The notes under the pieces were generated by a model. That model searched no databases, was not told the DNA's origin, and worked only from the letters and a program-made list of their open reading frames with translations. A DNA stretch of 61,811 bases, filler included, from Stramenopiles sp. TOSAG23-3 (Eukaryota), in the NCBI GenBank assembly GCA_900128585.1. It is 2 parts of 2 records of this genome, joined end to end, with 100 filler letters (N's around TTAATTAATTAA, not from the genome) between each part and the next. Parts side by side here need not be neighbours in the genome. Positions count along the whole stretch, not along the records: positions 31,013 to 61,811 come from LT642226.1; 1 more part is not named here. One strand, 5' to 3'. The position numbers were made by a program, and so were the translations under genes. Positions 33,754 through 44,167 of this stretch are shown here, in pieces (position 1 is the stretch's first letter; each line of letters starts with the position of its first letter).

Positions 33754-34479
33754 ATGCTTCGGAATTGTGTTTTCTTGATCATTGTTGGATGGGGAGCCTG
33801 CCTTCACCGTGTTGAAGCGTCGTTCCAAAAGTGTGAAACGATTGATGGGGACTGCCTGCCGTGCAAACATCCCTGGCTGGCTGGGAATAACGCTGTCGCA
33901 GAAGTGCATCTCTCCGGCGAGAGTGCTCTCGTTCGTTCGGCCACCTATGCCGAAGGCATTTTGAAAAACATCTCGTCGGGTCAGATACAGCGGTTTGATA
34001 ACCCAACCACTGGTCTCCACACCTCCCTATTTTACTTCTGCTGCCACTCGAAAAGAGATATCACAACAATAAAAAACGTCTTGCAGGATATGCAGTGGAC
34101 CAGCTTTGTTATAAATTACGATACTTTCGGGTGCAATTTGGATCACGATAAAAAAACTGTAAGTTTTAACCCGCAGGTCGACTCGCTAATCTTGTCGCCA
34201 CTATTCTAACTTTTTCAACAGGTGTATCTTCACGCCATGCCGTCGAACCAATCGTTGCTTTTCTTGTGGGCGAAGGACGTCGAAAACTTACTATTGCACG
34301 CCAACGTAACCGTAAATCACCCGAGAAAGTCAAAATTTCACATGACGCTAGCTAGGGTCACTCCATTGTATCCAACAGACATTGCTGTGATGCAGCTGCT
34401 AAATACGACATTTGGGTCTCACCGGCTCTGTTCTTTTGTTTTTGACGGCCAAACATTTTATGCAGATGATTGCAAATGA
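33754..34479 (+). CDS. Secreted 2H phosphoesterase-like protein; exons 33754-34158 and 34222-34479
   Basis: 63-nt phase-0 intron GTAAGT...CTAAC...CAG joins the two ORFs in frame (220 aa). Signal peptide; two HxS/T motifs, LHTSL and FHMTL. Confidence 0.75.
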
Positions 34480-34744
34480 CACGCGGTGGAATTTTTTGTT
34501 TAAAATCTTAGCTCGATTGATTAAAATGATGAACTAGATATCTAAAATCTGCTGCCGCCTTTCTCCGCCTAAGACCATGTCGGGCGGAAAAGAATAAAAC
34601 AATAACATTCTTACAAAATGCGCCCGTACCGGGGGAAATAATCAATGTGCGTGTTGTCAATTGTCAGAACCTGTATCTCATATGATTACCGCGGAGATGT
34701 GCTTCCTGTTAAATTAAAAAACAAAATTATTATGGTTGCTATTA

Positions 34745-35112
34745 TTCATCAGTACACATGAAAATCATAGTCAAGACTAAGTAGTGGCAAGGGGTAAAAT
34801 AAATCAAAAATTATTTATTAAAATTTACCACACGCACCGCTGATCGAAAATGACACAAACGACCCTCCCCCGACATCCCAAATTCCCTTGACTGATTTAC
34901 AAGACAGACAACGAGCACCTCTAAAACTATTACGCCGCTGCTTGGAAAATCGTACAAGGATTGAGTCAACTATGAGTGAGATATCGGACGAGGAAGTTGA
35001 TTACGGTTCATTTGAAAGCATTGCTAATCCAGCTACCGATTCGGATCGTGCATGGAGTCCATCTGAGATTGATAGCCAAGACCAAGTGACAAGGGTATAT
35101 CGATTAGTAAAA
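34745..35112 (+). mobile_element. Longest family A internal fragment, with relic acidic ORF
   Basis: MSEISDEEVDYGSF...DSDRAWSPSE from 34972; similar to 8800, 24481, 51186 and 56720-57020. Confidence 0.7.
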
Positions 35113-35621
35113 GAATGTAATATATTATTTCACCCAGCACCCTTGGAGGAGTCCTTAAATTGTATTATCGATATTTAAAAATCGTATCGAAAAACGTAAT
35201 AAGTTTTGAATTTCAACTACTTACTTTAAATAGTAGAACGGTACGGGGGTACCTGGTATAAATACCAACCTGGAAAAATATAATAGTATCTGTATAATAC
35301 CGAGTACCTCGAAAATAATAATACGAAGAGAAGAAAAATTATAATAGGATGGCAAATAGATTATAAAAAAAAAATATTATTTATGTGTGCGTGTGTGCAT
35401 TGTCGTCGTTATATTATTTATTATTATAAAAATGCAAATAAGGCCTGTCCGATGAGCTGAAAGGCTGATCAAAATATAATATATAAACATCTTCAACAGA
35501 TTCTCTACCAGGTGGGGGGTGCGAAGCTACATGCCCAATGGGAAGACGTTTATTAAAAAATACTTGCGCTGCACCGCTGCTATTTTGCGTTCGTTAATTT
35601 CAAGATTGCTCTCTGTTGTTA

Positions 35622-36623
35622 ATGCATGTTATTAAGTCAGTTTCGCGCCTTCTTTTCGCTCTTGTGGCAAAGTGGACGTTTGTGGCTTATTCTTATTCTC
35701 CAGACTCTGGGGAAACAACGGCTGGTGGGATACCCTTTATTATCCACCAAACATGGAAGACGGAGCGTATCCCAGCCTATCTAGCAGAATACCGCGATTC
35801 TTGGTTGAGGCTCCATAATATTGGAGAATCGCGTTCTAAGTGGAAGTATATTTTTTGGTCAGACAAAGATTTAGAGAATTTTGTGGAAAAACATTGCTAT
35901 TCTGAAATTCCGAAAGAGGAATACAAAACAAAGATACAGTTTGTGGATGCTGCAAGGTACTGTGTTTTATACCACGTTGGTGGAATTTTTGTAGATTTAG
36001 ATTACCAAGCGTTGCGCCCAATGGATTTATTGTTGCACACCTTTGCTTTCGACGAAGATGCACAGTTGATTCTTACCAAAGAACCACCAGAACACTCTCG
36101 GCTGTTTATGCAGAATTATATTGTGTCTAACGCAATAATGTTTAGTAAACCATTTCACCCTCTCTTAAAACATGCATTGAACAGTTTAAAGCCAGCTTTT
36201 GAAGAGATGAAACATGAAAACAATACCTCGCACCAAGTGATGTATTCAACCGGGCCATTTTTTCTGACCCATGTATACAGATTGGTCTCCTGCTTGTGCA
36301 AAAATGGCCAAGTGACCACTTTCGATTGGGCTGATTTCCCTACTCTAGCATCTCAGGTGGAATGTTCCAGTCTGGAAATTTTGAATGGTTCAAAAAATAG
36401 TCATATTCGGTTGCTGGAGGCTGAAGTACTAAATCCAAAACCACTCTTTCTTGAGAATGGCAAGATTGTTGCCAATAAATGCTATAGAAGCAAAAATAAC
36501 AACAGACAAACACTACTAGGAGAAGATACCAGAATAGTGGACACAAACGGAGATGTTAGTGCCTTCGCATTTGCGCAGCATCATTGGTGTGGGACATGGT
36601 GGGAGAACGCACATGGCAGCTAA
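35622..36623 (+). CDS. Glycosyltransferase family 32 (DxD; mannosyltransferase-like)
   Basis: IPFIIHQTWK, DAARYCVLYHVGGIFVDLDY, STGPFFLT, HHWCGTW; N-terminal hydrophobic segment. Start uncertain. Confidence 0.88.
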   Translation: MHVIKSVSRLLFALVAKWTFVAYSYSPDSGETTAGGIPFIIHQTWKTERIPAYLAEYRDSWLRLHNIGESRSKWKYIFWSDKDLENFVEKHCYSEIPKEEYKTKIQFVDAARYCVLYHVGGIFVDLDYQALRPMDLLLHTFAFDEDAQLILTKEPPEHSRLFMQNYIVSNAIMFSKPFHPLLKHALNSLKPAFEEMKHENNTSHQVMYSTGPFFLTHVYRLVSCLCKNGQVTTFDWADFPTLASQVECSSLEILNGSKNSHIRLLEAEVLNPKPLFLENGKIVANKCYRSKNNNRQTLLGEDTRIVDTNGDVSAFAFAQHHWCGTWWENAHGS

Positions 36624-36796
36624 TCCAGACGGGCAGTGTAGATTTAAAAGAAATGAAAGTAGTGAGTGATGGGTGTTTGGATTTTATGATTTAGAATTTA
36701 CTCAAATTTTACAATTCGTTTAAGAAATTTCTTAACTTTTTACCAGTATTTTAAAAAACAAATTTTATCTAAACATATATCATATAGTGTTTACCC

Positions 36797-36930
36797 GTAA
36801 TTAAATAACAGCAAGAAAATCACAGGCAGGAGCAGAGATAAATTCGCAGTACATTGAAAAGGGAAGCAAAACTTTACTGGACAGAAGGAGCAGAATTTTA
36901 CATTTGCGGTACACGAAGAAGATAAATTAT
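36797..36930 (+). mobile_element. Family A fragment between convergent genes
   Basis: GCAGAGATAAATTCGCAGTACA...GCGGTACACGAAGAAGATAAATT matches 8955-9045. Confidence 0.7.
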
Positions 36931-37039
36931 AAACCAATTATTTTGTGTGTTTCTTGTTCTTTTTTTAAAATTTTTAGTAAAAAAGCAAAAAAATAATTTC
37001 CACGGTTTCTTCTGGTAAGATATGTTATGTTAACATATT

Positions 37040-37927
37040 TCAATCGTCGTTCCACAAAAGTACGCTTCTGCATGTGAGGCTTCCGTCGATTTTAGTAAAC
37101 TCGGTATTTTCAACAACGACAAGCTTGTCAATACCTGGAACGGTCCGAGCAATGTGTTCATACACTTTCATGGTTTCTTTGCCGACCCCCTCGGGCACAA
37201 TTATGGTGTGGTTACACCGTACAACGTTCGCGGCAATGTCATTTTCTACTAAATGGACGGTGTAGTCTGCAGCATCTTTACTTCCAATTAAATCAAATGC
37301 TTTTTCCATTAGAGATCGCCCGATTCCTGTGTCTGCAACGACTAAATTCGACTCATCTATCGCAGTTATTGAACATTTAAAATGTAGATTATCCATCACT
37401 GGCACTGGTACAACAGGAACACGATCAGGGAAGTTTTTCCGGAGCAACTCGCAACCCTGCATGTTTGTCCTGGTCGATAATCCGACAAAAACGTGTTTCC
37501 CAGTATACAAAACATCCCCCCCGTCTAGATAAGCGCCTTCGATATCTCTCATATTTAGTACCTTTGTTATACCCGAATCATAGAGCGCATCTAACACATC
37601 CCCCTCTTCGCCACGCCGAGACTCGGCGCCAATTGAAGTACTAACAGCGTTCGTGGGGCTACTAACCACTGCAGCGTCCTCTACAAAAACACAGTCAGGG
37701 TGTTTATCGTCCGCGTCACAGACGTAAATACCATCTTTTCCTCTTCCAACTGCATCACACAAACGTTCCATATACACCGCGTGCTGATCCACAGCTCTGG
37801 AGTAGTCAACATTGTTCGAATGAACGCCCTTGTTGGATGATAGACCACCACTAATCGATTTTGGAACATGCCTACAGATTGCGCGTTTGACACGGCCAAG
37901 ATGCGACTGTAGTTGAGACGAAGGCAT
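37040..37927 (-). CDS. DDAH: Dimethylarginine dimethylaminohydrolase (amidinotransferase fold)
   Basis: PDCVFVED, SRRGE, LDGGD, GLSTRTN, LHFK, GSLTCRS (catalytic Cys). First in-frame ATG 37927. Confidence 0.9.
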   Translation of the reverse strand: MPSSQLQSHLGRVKRAICRHVPKSISGGLSSNKGVHSNNVDYSRAVDQHAVYMERLCDAVGRGKDGIYVCDADDKHPDCVFVEDAAVVSSPTNAVSTSIGAESRRGEEGDVLDALYDSGITKVLNMRDIEGAYLDGGDVLYTGKHVFVGLSTRTNMQGCELLRKNFPDRVPVVPVPVMDNLHFKCSITAIDESNLVVADTGIGRSLMEKAFDLIGSKDAADYTVHLVENDIAANVVRCNHTIIVPEGVGKETMKVYEHIARTVPGIDKLVVVENTEFTKIDGSLTCRSVLLWNDD

Positions 37928-38112
37928 CAGTAGACTTTGCTTCAACTTGACGATGTATCGGCACTTTTCAATTGCCAGACTGTTGGTATTCTTGCGTTGG
38001 CCCTGTTTCGTCAAACCATTTCAATGCCAAATTTTTCCTTTGCTCGATCGTGGACTACTGCCATCTGGTACAAAACTACCTCTAGTAGTATAAATGGAAC
38101 ACAACTCACAGT

Positions 38113-38152
38113 TTCATGGTTCATGGTTCATGGTTCATGTTCATGGTGGTTC
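38113..38152. repeat. (TTCATGG)n tandem repeat upstream of DDAH
   Basis: TTCATGG TTCATGG TTCATGG TTCATG TTCATGG. Confidence 0.8.
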
Positions 38153-38224
38153 AAAAAAAATAATAAATAATAATAGACGACTATTTTTTATCTACGAAAT
38201 AATGGTTGTTGTTGTTCTTCACTA

Positions 38225-38411
38225 CATATCAAAAAAAAAAATCAACAATTTTTAGAAAAAAACGTGAGAAATCAATTATATAGGCAATATGTATTTGTAT
38301 TGTTTCTTAAGATATGAACGAAAGGGACGTTTTACGGGAAACACTTTGATATATTATTAGTGTAGAGTGATTTACAAGTACGTAAATAAGATAGGAAATT
38401 CAACTCGAAAA
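38225..38411. mobile_element. Partial family B MITE copy (spacer + one arm)
   Basis: Reverse complement of 31013-31180; ends ATAGGAAATTCAACTCGAAAA, as at 31310-31330. Confidence 0.8.
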
Positions 38412-38648
38412 AGAAAAACACAAAGATGCACAAGGTAAATAGCAGCCAAAATAACAAAAAAAGGAAGAAAAACGACATGTTGAGTTTTTTTTTTCCTTCA
38501 CTGTCCGATTAAAATGACTTCTATACTCTAAATATTATAAAAATATATTATATTTTTTTAAATGGTGTTGTTGTATTATATTTTATATTTTGGTAGCTTA
38601 ATAAAACTCACTTGAACAGCGGTGTTTTCATGTGGGGAGACGCTTGCC

Positions 38649-41600
38649 TTAACGCCATTTCTCTAATCCTAAAACGAACGCAGCTACACCAACAACTACC
38701 ATGAAGTTCATTGGGATCAGGGGTGCTGACGCAAGCATATCACTATTGGTACCATGATTTGAAGAGGCTGCTGCAGCCAAATCTACAACTTCAGCGCAGT
38801 TTGCCCCCATAAAACCATCCTTGCACCAGCATTTGTTGGCTTGGCAAATCCCGTTGTGGCTGCAACCGTTTGGGCAACCACTCTCGCCAGTTTTGGCAGT
38901 GTTGGGCTTGGCGGTTGTAGAGGCTGCACTACAATCCTCGCCTTCAAACCCTGGGTTACAAAAACACTTGCCACGCGAACAGATACCTTGCGAACTGCAC
39001 TTGGATGGGCACTCTAAAGCAGCGTCGCAAAACTCGCCTTTAAATCCAGGAAAGCAAAAGCATTTCCCATTTCTAAACTCTCCGTTGCTACTGCATTTCT
39101 CGTTTTCAGCTCCTTCATCTGATTCGAGGAACATCATTCGCATTGTTTGCTGGTTTTGGCCAACGTTTTTGTTGCGACTACGACGGGCCACTTTGTCTTT
39201 TTTCTCCGCGGCCTTCTCTTTCACTTGTTCCGAATCGCCGTCTAATTTCAAGGGCTTTACTGGCACCGACTTCTTCTGGCCGCTCGTCAACGAGCTCTTG
39301 TTGTGAGAAACAACAACATCTTGAGGGACACCAATGTAATCCGAGTCTGGCATGGCGACATCCGTCGAAGGAATGTGGTCGGGGTTGTGCACGGCCGCCA
39401 ACACAGCGTCTTGGTCGGACAATTTTGCATTTCCTTTGACATTTTTCACTTGCCCCAAGGCCGTTTGGCAGGAAGCACCAATAAAGCCTGGTGTACACTG
39501 GCATTGCCCCATGATGCAGGCACCCCTGTTGTTACAGTTATCCTGGCATTTGAGAGCGGTTCCGACGGTAATATTACAGTTCATTCCGCGGAATCCAATT
39601 TCGCATACGCACCTGCCTCTGGAGCACTGGCCGCGCCCCATACAGTCGTTCGGGCAGGTCTTGACTTCCGTTTCGCAAGCTTCCCCGACAAAACCAATGT
39701 CACAAAAGCATTTCCCGAAGTGGCACTGTCCGCGGTCGTTGCAACCATTCGTGCAAGGTAGTTTCACATTTTCCAGGCAGTCGGCACCTGCAAAACCTGG
39801 AAAGCAGAAACACTTCCCCAGCCAGCAAATCCCCTTTGGGTTTTCTTTTCCGCCACAGTCATTTGGGCAGTCTTCGTTGCCAATAATGACACGCGAGCAG
39901 TCAACACCATCGTAACCAGGTTGGCACAAGCATTTGCCCTCCAAGCAAAACCCATTGTGGGAACACTGGTTTGGGCAAACCTTCGACGATTTAAATTTCG
40001 TTTTGGCGGCAGCCAATGCTGCACGGGTTTCTGCATTAATCGGAGTCGAACAGTTTGAACCCATGTACCCTGGTTGACAAAAACATTTTCCATATTTGCA
40101 GATACCATGCTGAGTGCAGCCAGTAGGACAAGGCATTGGAGTGGAGCAGTCTCGGCCACCGAGGCCAGGGTTACAGTAGCATTTTCCGTCACTATGGCAC
40201 AGGCCTTGCTGGTTGCAATTCTCTGGGCATGTGATGCGCTTCTTCGTGCCGCAGCCTTTTCCGCCCCACCCTGGATCACAAAAGCATTTCCCCAGCGCGC
40301 ACGATCCGTGGCCGCTACAGTCATCGGGGCAGAGTTCCATGTTACCTGTTACTTGCGAACAGTCCTTTCCGCCAAACCCTTCTACGCACAAGCACTTGCC
40401 TTTCATGCAGATACCACGTTCTGAGCATCCGTTGGGGCAGGCGTCGGTTCCATTGCAATCGACTCCACGGAACGGGGGCCTGCAGTAACATCGACCGTTC
40501 TTGCAAATCCCGTTTCCGCTACAGTCTTTAGGGCACTTGGCAATTTTTGAACAATCATCCCCGGTGAACCCTGGCATACAGAAGCATTTGTTGTACTTGC
40601 AAACACCTTTTCCCGAGCACGTTTCTTTCGCCATCCCGCCGGCGCATTGGTAGTCGACTGGTACGCTGCAATCCTCGCCTTTGTAAGATGGCAAACAAAA
40701 GCACTTTCCTAGGCGACACTGGCCATTGCCAGAGCAATCGTTCCTGCAGCTGGGGGACAATTTCTTGTCTTCCGCACTGCAATCTTTTCCGCTGTAACCA
40801 ACTTCGCAAATGCAGTCGTCGAGAAAACAGCGCCCATGACCGCTGCATTTGTTCGCACAGGATTTCTGAATTTCGCAAGCACTGCCGGTGTAGCCCACAG
40901 CACAGAAACATTTCGAGTCGTGGCATCGGCCATGGCCGTTGCAGTTCTCGCGACACAGAATGCGGTCACCGCAACCGTCTCCGCGCCATCCAACATCGCA
41001 AAAGCAGTTGCCATGCTGGCATTGACCATGGCCGCTGCATTTTCGTCCGTCGGTAGCCTGGGGACACTCCAATTTTGTTTCACAAAGGGTGCCTTTGAAG
41101 CCAATTTCACAAACGCATTCTCCACGGAAGCATTTTCCATTGCCGTTGCAGTCGCTTTCACATTTTGCCTCGACATCGCATGCCTCGCCAGATAGCCCGG
41201 CTTCGCACTGGCATCGCGCTTTTCCGTCCGCCGAAGTTACGCAAAGGCCGTGACCACTGCAAGAACCGTGACCCAATCCAATGGTGGGAACAGCACCACT
41301 AGCATTGGAGAATTTGCCAGCATGAGATGGTCGCCCTGCTGGGCAACTAAATTCACATGCAAACCCACCAAAGCCGGGATGACACGAGCAGACACCTGTC
41401 TTGCTGTCGCAGGAGCCATGGATATCTCCACTGCACTCCTCTTTTCCTTTAGCAAACTGGTTCGGTGAGCCCAGCGGGCACTGTTTTTCGCTGCAGTCAG
41501 CTCCAGAAAAGCCATTATTACACTTACAGATGCCATCATAATCTGGCAACCCGTTCGTGCCCTCCGCGTCATGTACGCAGACCCCGTTCATTGAGCAATT

Positions 41601-43616
41601 CTTTACACAACGGACACGGGTCTCGCATAATTCACCAATAAAACCGGCATTGCACTTGCACTTGCCTAGCAACGCGTCGCAATCGCCGTTATTGTTGCAG
41701 TTTTTTGGACAAGCCTTCTTCGTGCAGTCATCGCCAGTCCATCCCGCGTCACACTTGCACTTCATGTTGTCACATTTCCCGTGACCACCACAATTCGTGT
41801 TGGTTTCTGTGAAGCATCGAGTATCTAGACTACAATTTAAGCCTTTGAACCCAGGAAAGCAAGCACACTTCGATGTACTAAACATCTTAGCAGTGGCTTT
41901 GGTTGTCACGCACTCGCCATTATCGGTGCAGTTATTTGGGCAGAGATTGACTTTTTTGCAGCCAGAACCACCGAAGCCAGGCTTACAGTCGCATCGGCCT
42001 AGGAGTTTGTTGCAAACACCATTTCCGTTGCATTTCTTAAGCTTCCCTGGGCAGAAAGTGAACTGGCACTTGTCTCCATGATGAAAATCGTCACAGTGGC
42101 ACTTCCCCTTGACACAACTGCCGTGGTGGTTGCAGTTTTCAGGGCAAACTTCCACAGAGCAATCGTCTGAGCCGAAGCCGGTTTCACACTTGCATTTGCC
42201 CTCGACGCATTCCCCGTTGCCACTGCACCCAGATGGGCAAGACACGGTCGCCGCGGTGGCGTTTGTCTTCTTGTCAGCACAATACTTTCCTTCGAAGGAG
42301 GCAGAGCACTTGCAATCGCCCTTGTCAGTAACAGTCGCACCAGTGTCAGTTTTTTTGCAATCGTTTGAACAAACGCCATCCACGCGAAGGGTCTGGACTG
42401 TCGCGTCTGCCGCTTGTACAATTACGAAGTTGTTGAATTGTTGCACAACATCGCCGCCTTTGAACGGTGCCGCTTGTGTATTAGTTCCGTACTGGGATTC
42501 CGTTGGGGAGGACCAAACTTTGCTAACTAAATCCAGCACATACAAGTCGCCCAATGGTTTCGTCTTGTCCATGCCATCCAGTCCACCATAGACGTACAAT
42601 TTGTTGCCTACGATGAACGCTGTATGCTGGCTGCGTTTCTTGGGCGCAGCGCCAGTCGTTTCCATTTTGTCCCATTTCTCCAATGGTCCAGCAGTGAAGA
42701 CCCAGACGTCATTGTAGCATTCCGCGGCATTCATGGCGCACCCACCGAAAACTACGAACTTTTCGTTCTCTGATTTTTTTGCTTTGAAAAGGCTGGCAGA
42801 GTGCCCGCTTCTTTTCGGAGGCTTGGCCCCAGTGTCACGCATTTTCTTCCAAGTCAAGGAAAGACCTCCGTCGTTTGCAGTCGGTTCCCCAGATGGAATC
42901 AACAAAAAAGTGTCGTCGAAATCTTTTGCATCCGAGTAACCCCCAAACATAAAGAAGGAGTTTCCCGCGGTCATCGCCGTTAAAGATGCCCCCATTCGAC
43001 CTTCTGGTTTCTCTGGGGAGTCGATTTGCAGCGTTAACCAAGCTGCGCCACCGCTGGAAAGCTCCACCGCCCTCACGTCGTTCGTGAACGACTCGCCCTG
43101 CTTGCCACCGAAGAACACAATTTTCCCGTCCTTTTTCGCACCTGCAACACCATCGGCAGTTTCTGGTGCAGTTCCCGTTGAGACAACTTTGCTCCAGGAC
43201 TGGTTGGCAGTCGTATCCAAGCGATACATAGTTGCTGGTTTCTCTTGGTGCAAGTCGGCAACGAACAATATTTTTTCGTTGCCCATAACTTTCCCCACAG
43301 TCATACCGGGGAAAAAGCCGCCGATAGGCTTTTCGCTAGTGCTGCCTTCCAACGCGTTCCAGTACAGTTTCTCGCAACGGTCTACAAGACCCTCGGCGCT
43401 CTCTTTGAAGCGCGGGGCAACGTCGAACACTGCGGCATGACTTGCTTCTTTGCCCTTACTACTAGTGCTACCATGGTCTAAGTCCAGGGCAGCAAAATCT
43501 TGGTCTTCCGCGTCCAAATCCTGTTCGCTTAGCTTGCCTGCGCCTTGCCCAAACGCACCGTTACACAATAGAGCTGCCAAGAAAGCCGCACAAAAGACTG
43601 ATAGGCAAACACGCAT
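38649..43616 (-). CDS. Large cell-surface protein: signal peptide, Kelch propeller, about 29 tenascin-type EGF repeats, C-terminal hydrophobic anchor
   Basis: GG-containing Kelch blades (FFGG, MFGG, VFGG, VYGG); CPxxCSGxGxCxxGxCxCxxGFxGxDC repeats; MVVVGVAAFVLGL near the C-terminus. Confidence 0.9.
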   Translation of the reverse strand: MRVCLSVFCAAFLAALLCNGAFGQGAGKLSEQDLDAEDQDFAALDLDHGSTSSKGKEASHAAVFDVAPRFKESAEGLVDRCEKLYWNALEGSTSEKPIGGFFPGMTVGKVMGNEKILFVADLHQEKPATMYRLDTTANQSWSKVVSTGTAPETADGVAGAKKDGKIVFFGGKQGESFTNDVRAVELSSGGAAWLTLQIDSPEKPEGRMGASLTAMTAGNSFFMFGGYSDAKDFDDTFLLIPSGEPTANDGGLSLTWKKMRDTGAKPPKRSGHSASLFKAKKSENEKFVVFGGCAMNAAECYNDVWVFTAGPLEKWDKMETTGAAPKKRSQHTAFIVGNKLYVYGGLDGMDKTKPLGDLYVLDLVSKVWSSPTESQYGTNTQAAPFKGGDVVQQFNNFVIVQAADATVQTLRVDGVCSNDCKKTDTGATVTDKGDCKCSASFEGKYCADKKTNATAATVSCPSGCSGNGECVEGKCKCETGFGSDDCSVEVCPENCNHHGSCVKGKCHCDDFHHGDKCQFTFCPGKLKKCNGNGVCNKLLGRCDCKPGFGGSGCKKVNLCPNNCTDNGECVTTKATAKMFSTSKCACFPGFKGLNCSLDTRCFTETNTNCGGHGKCDNMKCKCDAGWTGDDCTKKACPKNCNNNGDCDALLGKCKCNAGFIGELCETRVRCVKNCSMNGVCVHDAEGTNGLPDYDGICKCNNGFSGADCSEKQCPLGSPNQFAKGKEECSGDIHGSCDSKTGVCSCHPGFGGFACEFSCPAGRPSHAGKFSNASGAVPTIGLGHGSCSGHGLCVTSADGKARCQCEAGLSGEACDVEAKCESDCNGNGKCFRGECVCEIGFKGTLCETKLECPQATDGRKCSGHGQCQHGNCFCDVGWRGDGCGDRILCRENCNGHGRCHDSKCFCAVGYTGSACEIQKSCANKCSGHGRCFLDDCICEVGYSGKDCSAEDKKLSPSCRNDCSGNGQCRLGKCFCLPSYKGEDCSVPVDYQCAGGMAKETCSGKGVCKYNKCFCMPGFTGDDCSKIAKCPKDCSGNGICKNGRCYCRPPFRGVDCNGTDACPNGCSERGICMKGKCLCVEGFGGKDCSQVTGNMELCPDDCSGHGSCALGKCFCDPGWGGKGCGTKKRITCPENCNQQGLCHSDGKCYCNPGLGGRDCSTPMPCPTGCTQHGICKYGKCFCQPGYMGSNCSTPINAETRAALAAAKTKFKSSKVCPNQCSHNGFCLEGKCLCQPGYDGVDCSRVIIGNEDCPNDCGGKENPKGICWLGKCFCFPGFAGADCLENVKLPCTNGCNDRGQCHFGKCFCDIGFVGEACETEVKTCPNDCMGRGQCSRGRCVCEIGFRGMNCNITVGTALKCQDNCNNRGACIMGQCQCTPGFIGASCQTALGQVKNVKGNAKLSDQDAVLAAVHNPDHIPSTDVAMPDSDYIGVPQDVVVSHNKSSLTSGQKKSVPVKPLKLDGDSEQVKEKAAEKKDKVARRSRNKNVGQNQQTMRMMFLESDEGAENEKCSSNGEFRNGKCFCFPGFKGEFCDAALECPSKCSSQGICSRGKCFCNPGFEGEDCSAASTTAKPNTAKTGESGCPNGCSHNGICQANKCWCKDGFMGANCAEVVDLAAAASSNHGTNSDMLASAPLIPMNFMVVVGVAAFVLGLEKWR

Positions 43617-44081
43617 ATTTTCTGACGATATATATGTACTTTTGTGTGCGTCTATAAGTCACCAACTAAGAGTTACAGTTCCTAAGTCGCAAATAACCTT
43701 TCTACAACGGACCACTAGCTTGCAGCACGAGACCAAAACTTTAACTGGTTTGATCGTGCGAACACAGACGGTAAAGAATCAAGATAATGAACAATTTCTT
43801 TTCCCTCTGGTCAAGACTCTTCAATTTCTGAGGAAAGGCAGATATGATCCTACTCCAAGATATACTTTTCTTGCAACGTAAGGAGGACAGAGCTACCGTT
43901 CGTGCAGGGCGTGCGAACAAAACAGCTCTGTGAACAAATATGATCAATAAAGAAATTTTAAACAATAATTAATGCAACAATAGCTAATGTATAATAATAA
44001 AGAGAGCAATACTAATCTTTTTATTACAGAATACAAGTGTACAGTATAACAATAGTAAGCCTCCTCCCTATAGAGCAATTA

Positions 44082-44167
44082 TCCCCCGCCCTCCTCCCTC
44101 TCCTCTCCCTCCCTCCCTCCTCTTCGCTTCTCTTCTCTTCTCTTGCTCTCTTCCTTCGTTCCTTTTT
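44082..44167. repeat. Polypyrimidine/polypurine tract in divergent promoter
   Basis: About 85 nt of almost only C/T on the + strand, with CCCT and CTCTT runs. Confidence 0.8.

Noticed and set aside
34888..35178. 96-aa ORF as a functional gene
   Set aside because: Lies within a dispersed degenerate repeat whose other copies have stops and indels.
35443..35475. Hammerhead-like CCGATGAGCTGAAAGGC
   Set aside because: Core is CCGATGA rather than CTGATGA, there is no GAAA after stem II, and stems I and III are not evident.
38783..43881. Many antisense and alternative-frame ORFs over the EGF gene (also over the channel, NOP58 and cyclase genes)
   Set aside because: Shadow ORFs of long GC-richer coding sequence with no independent motifs.
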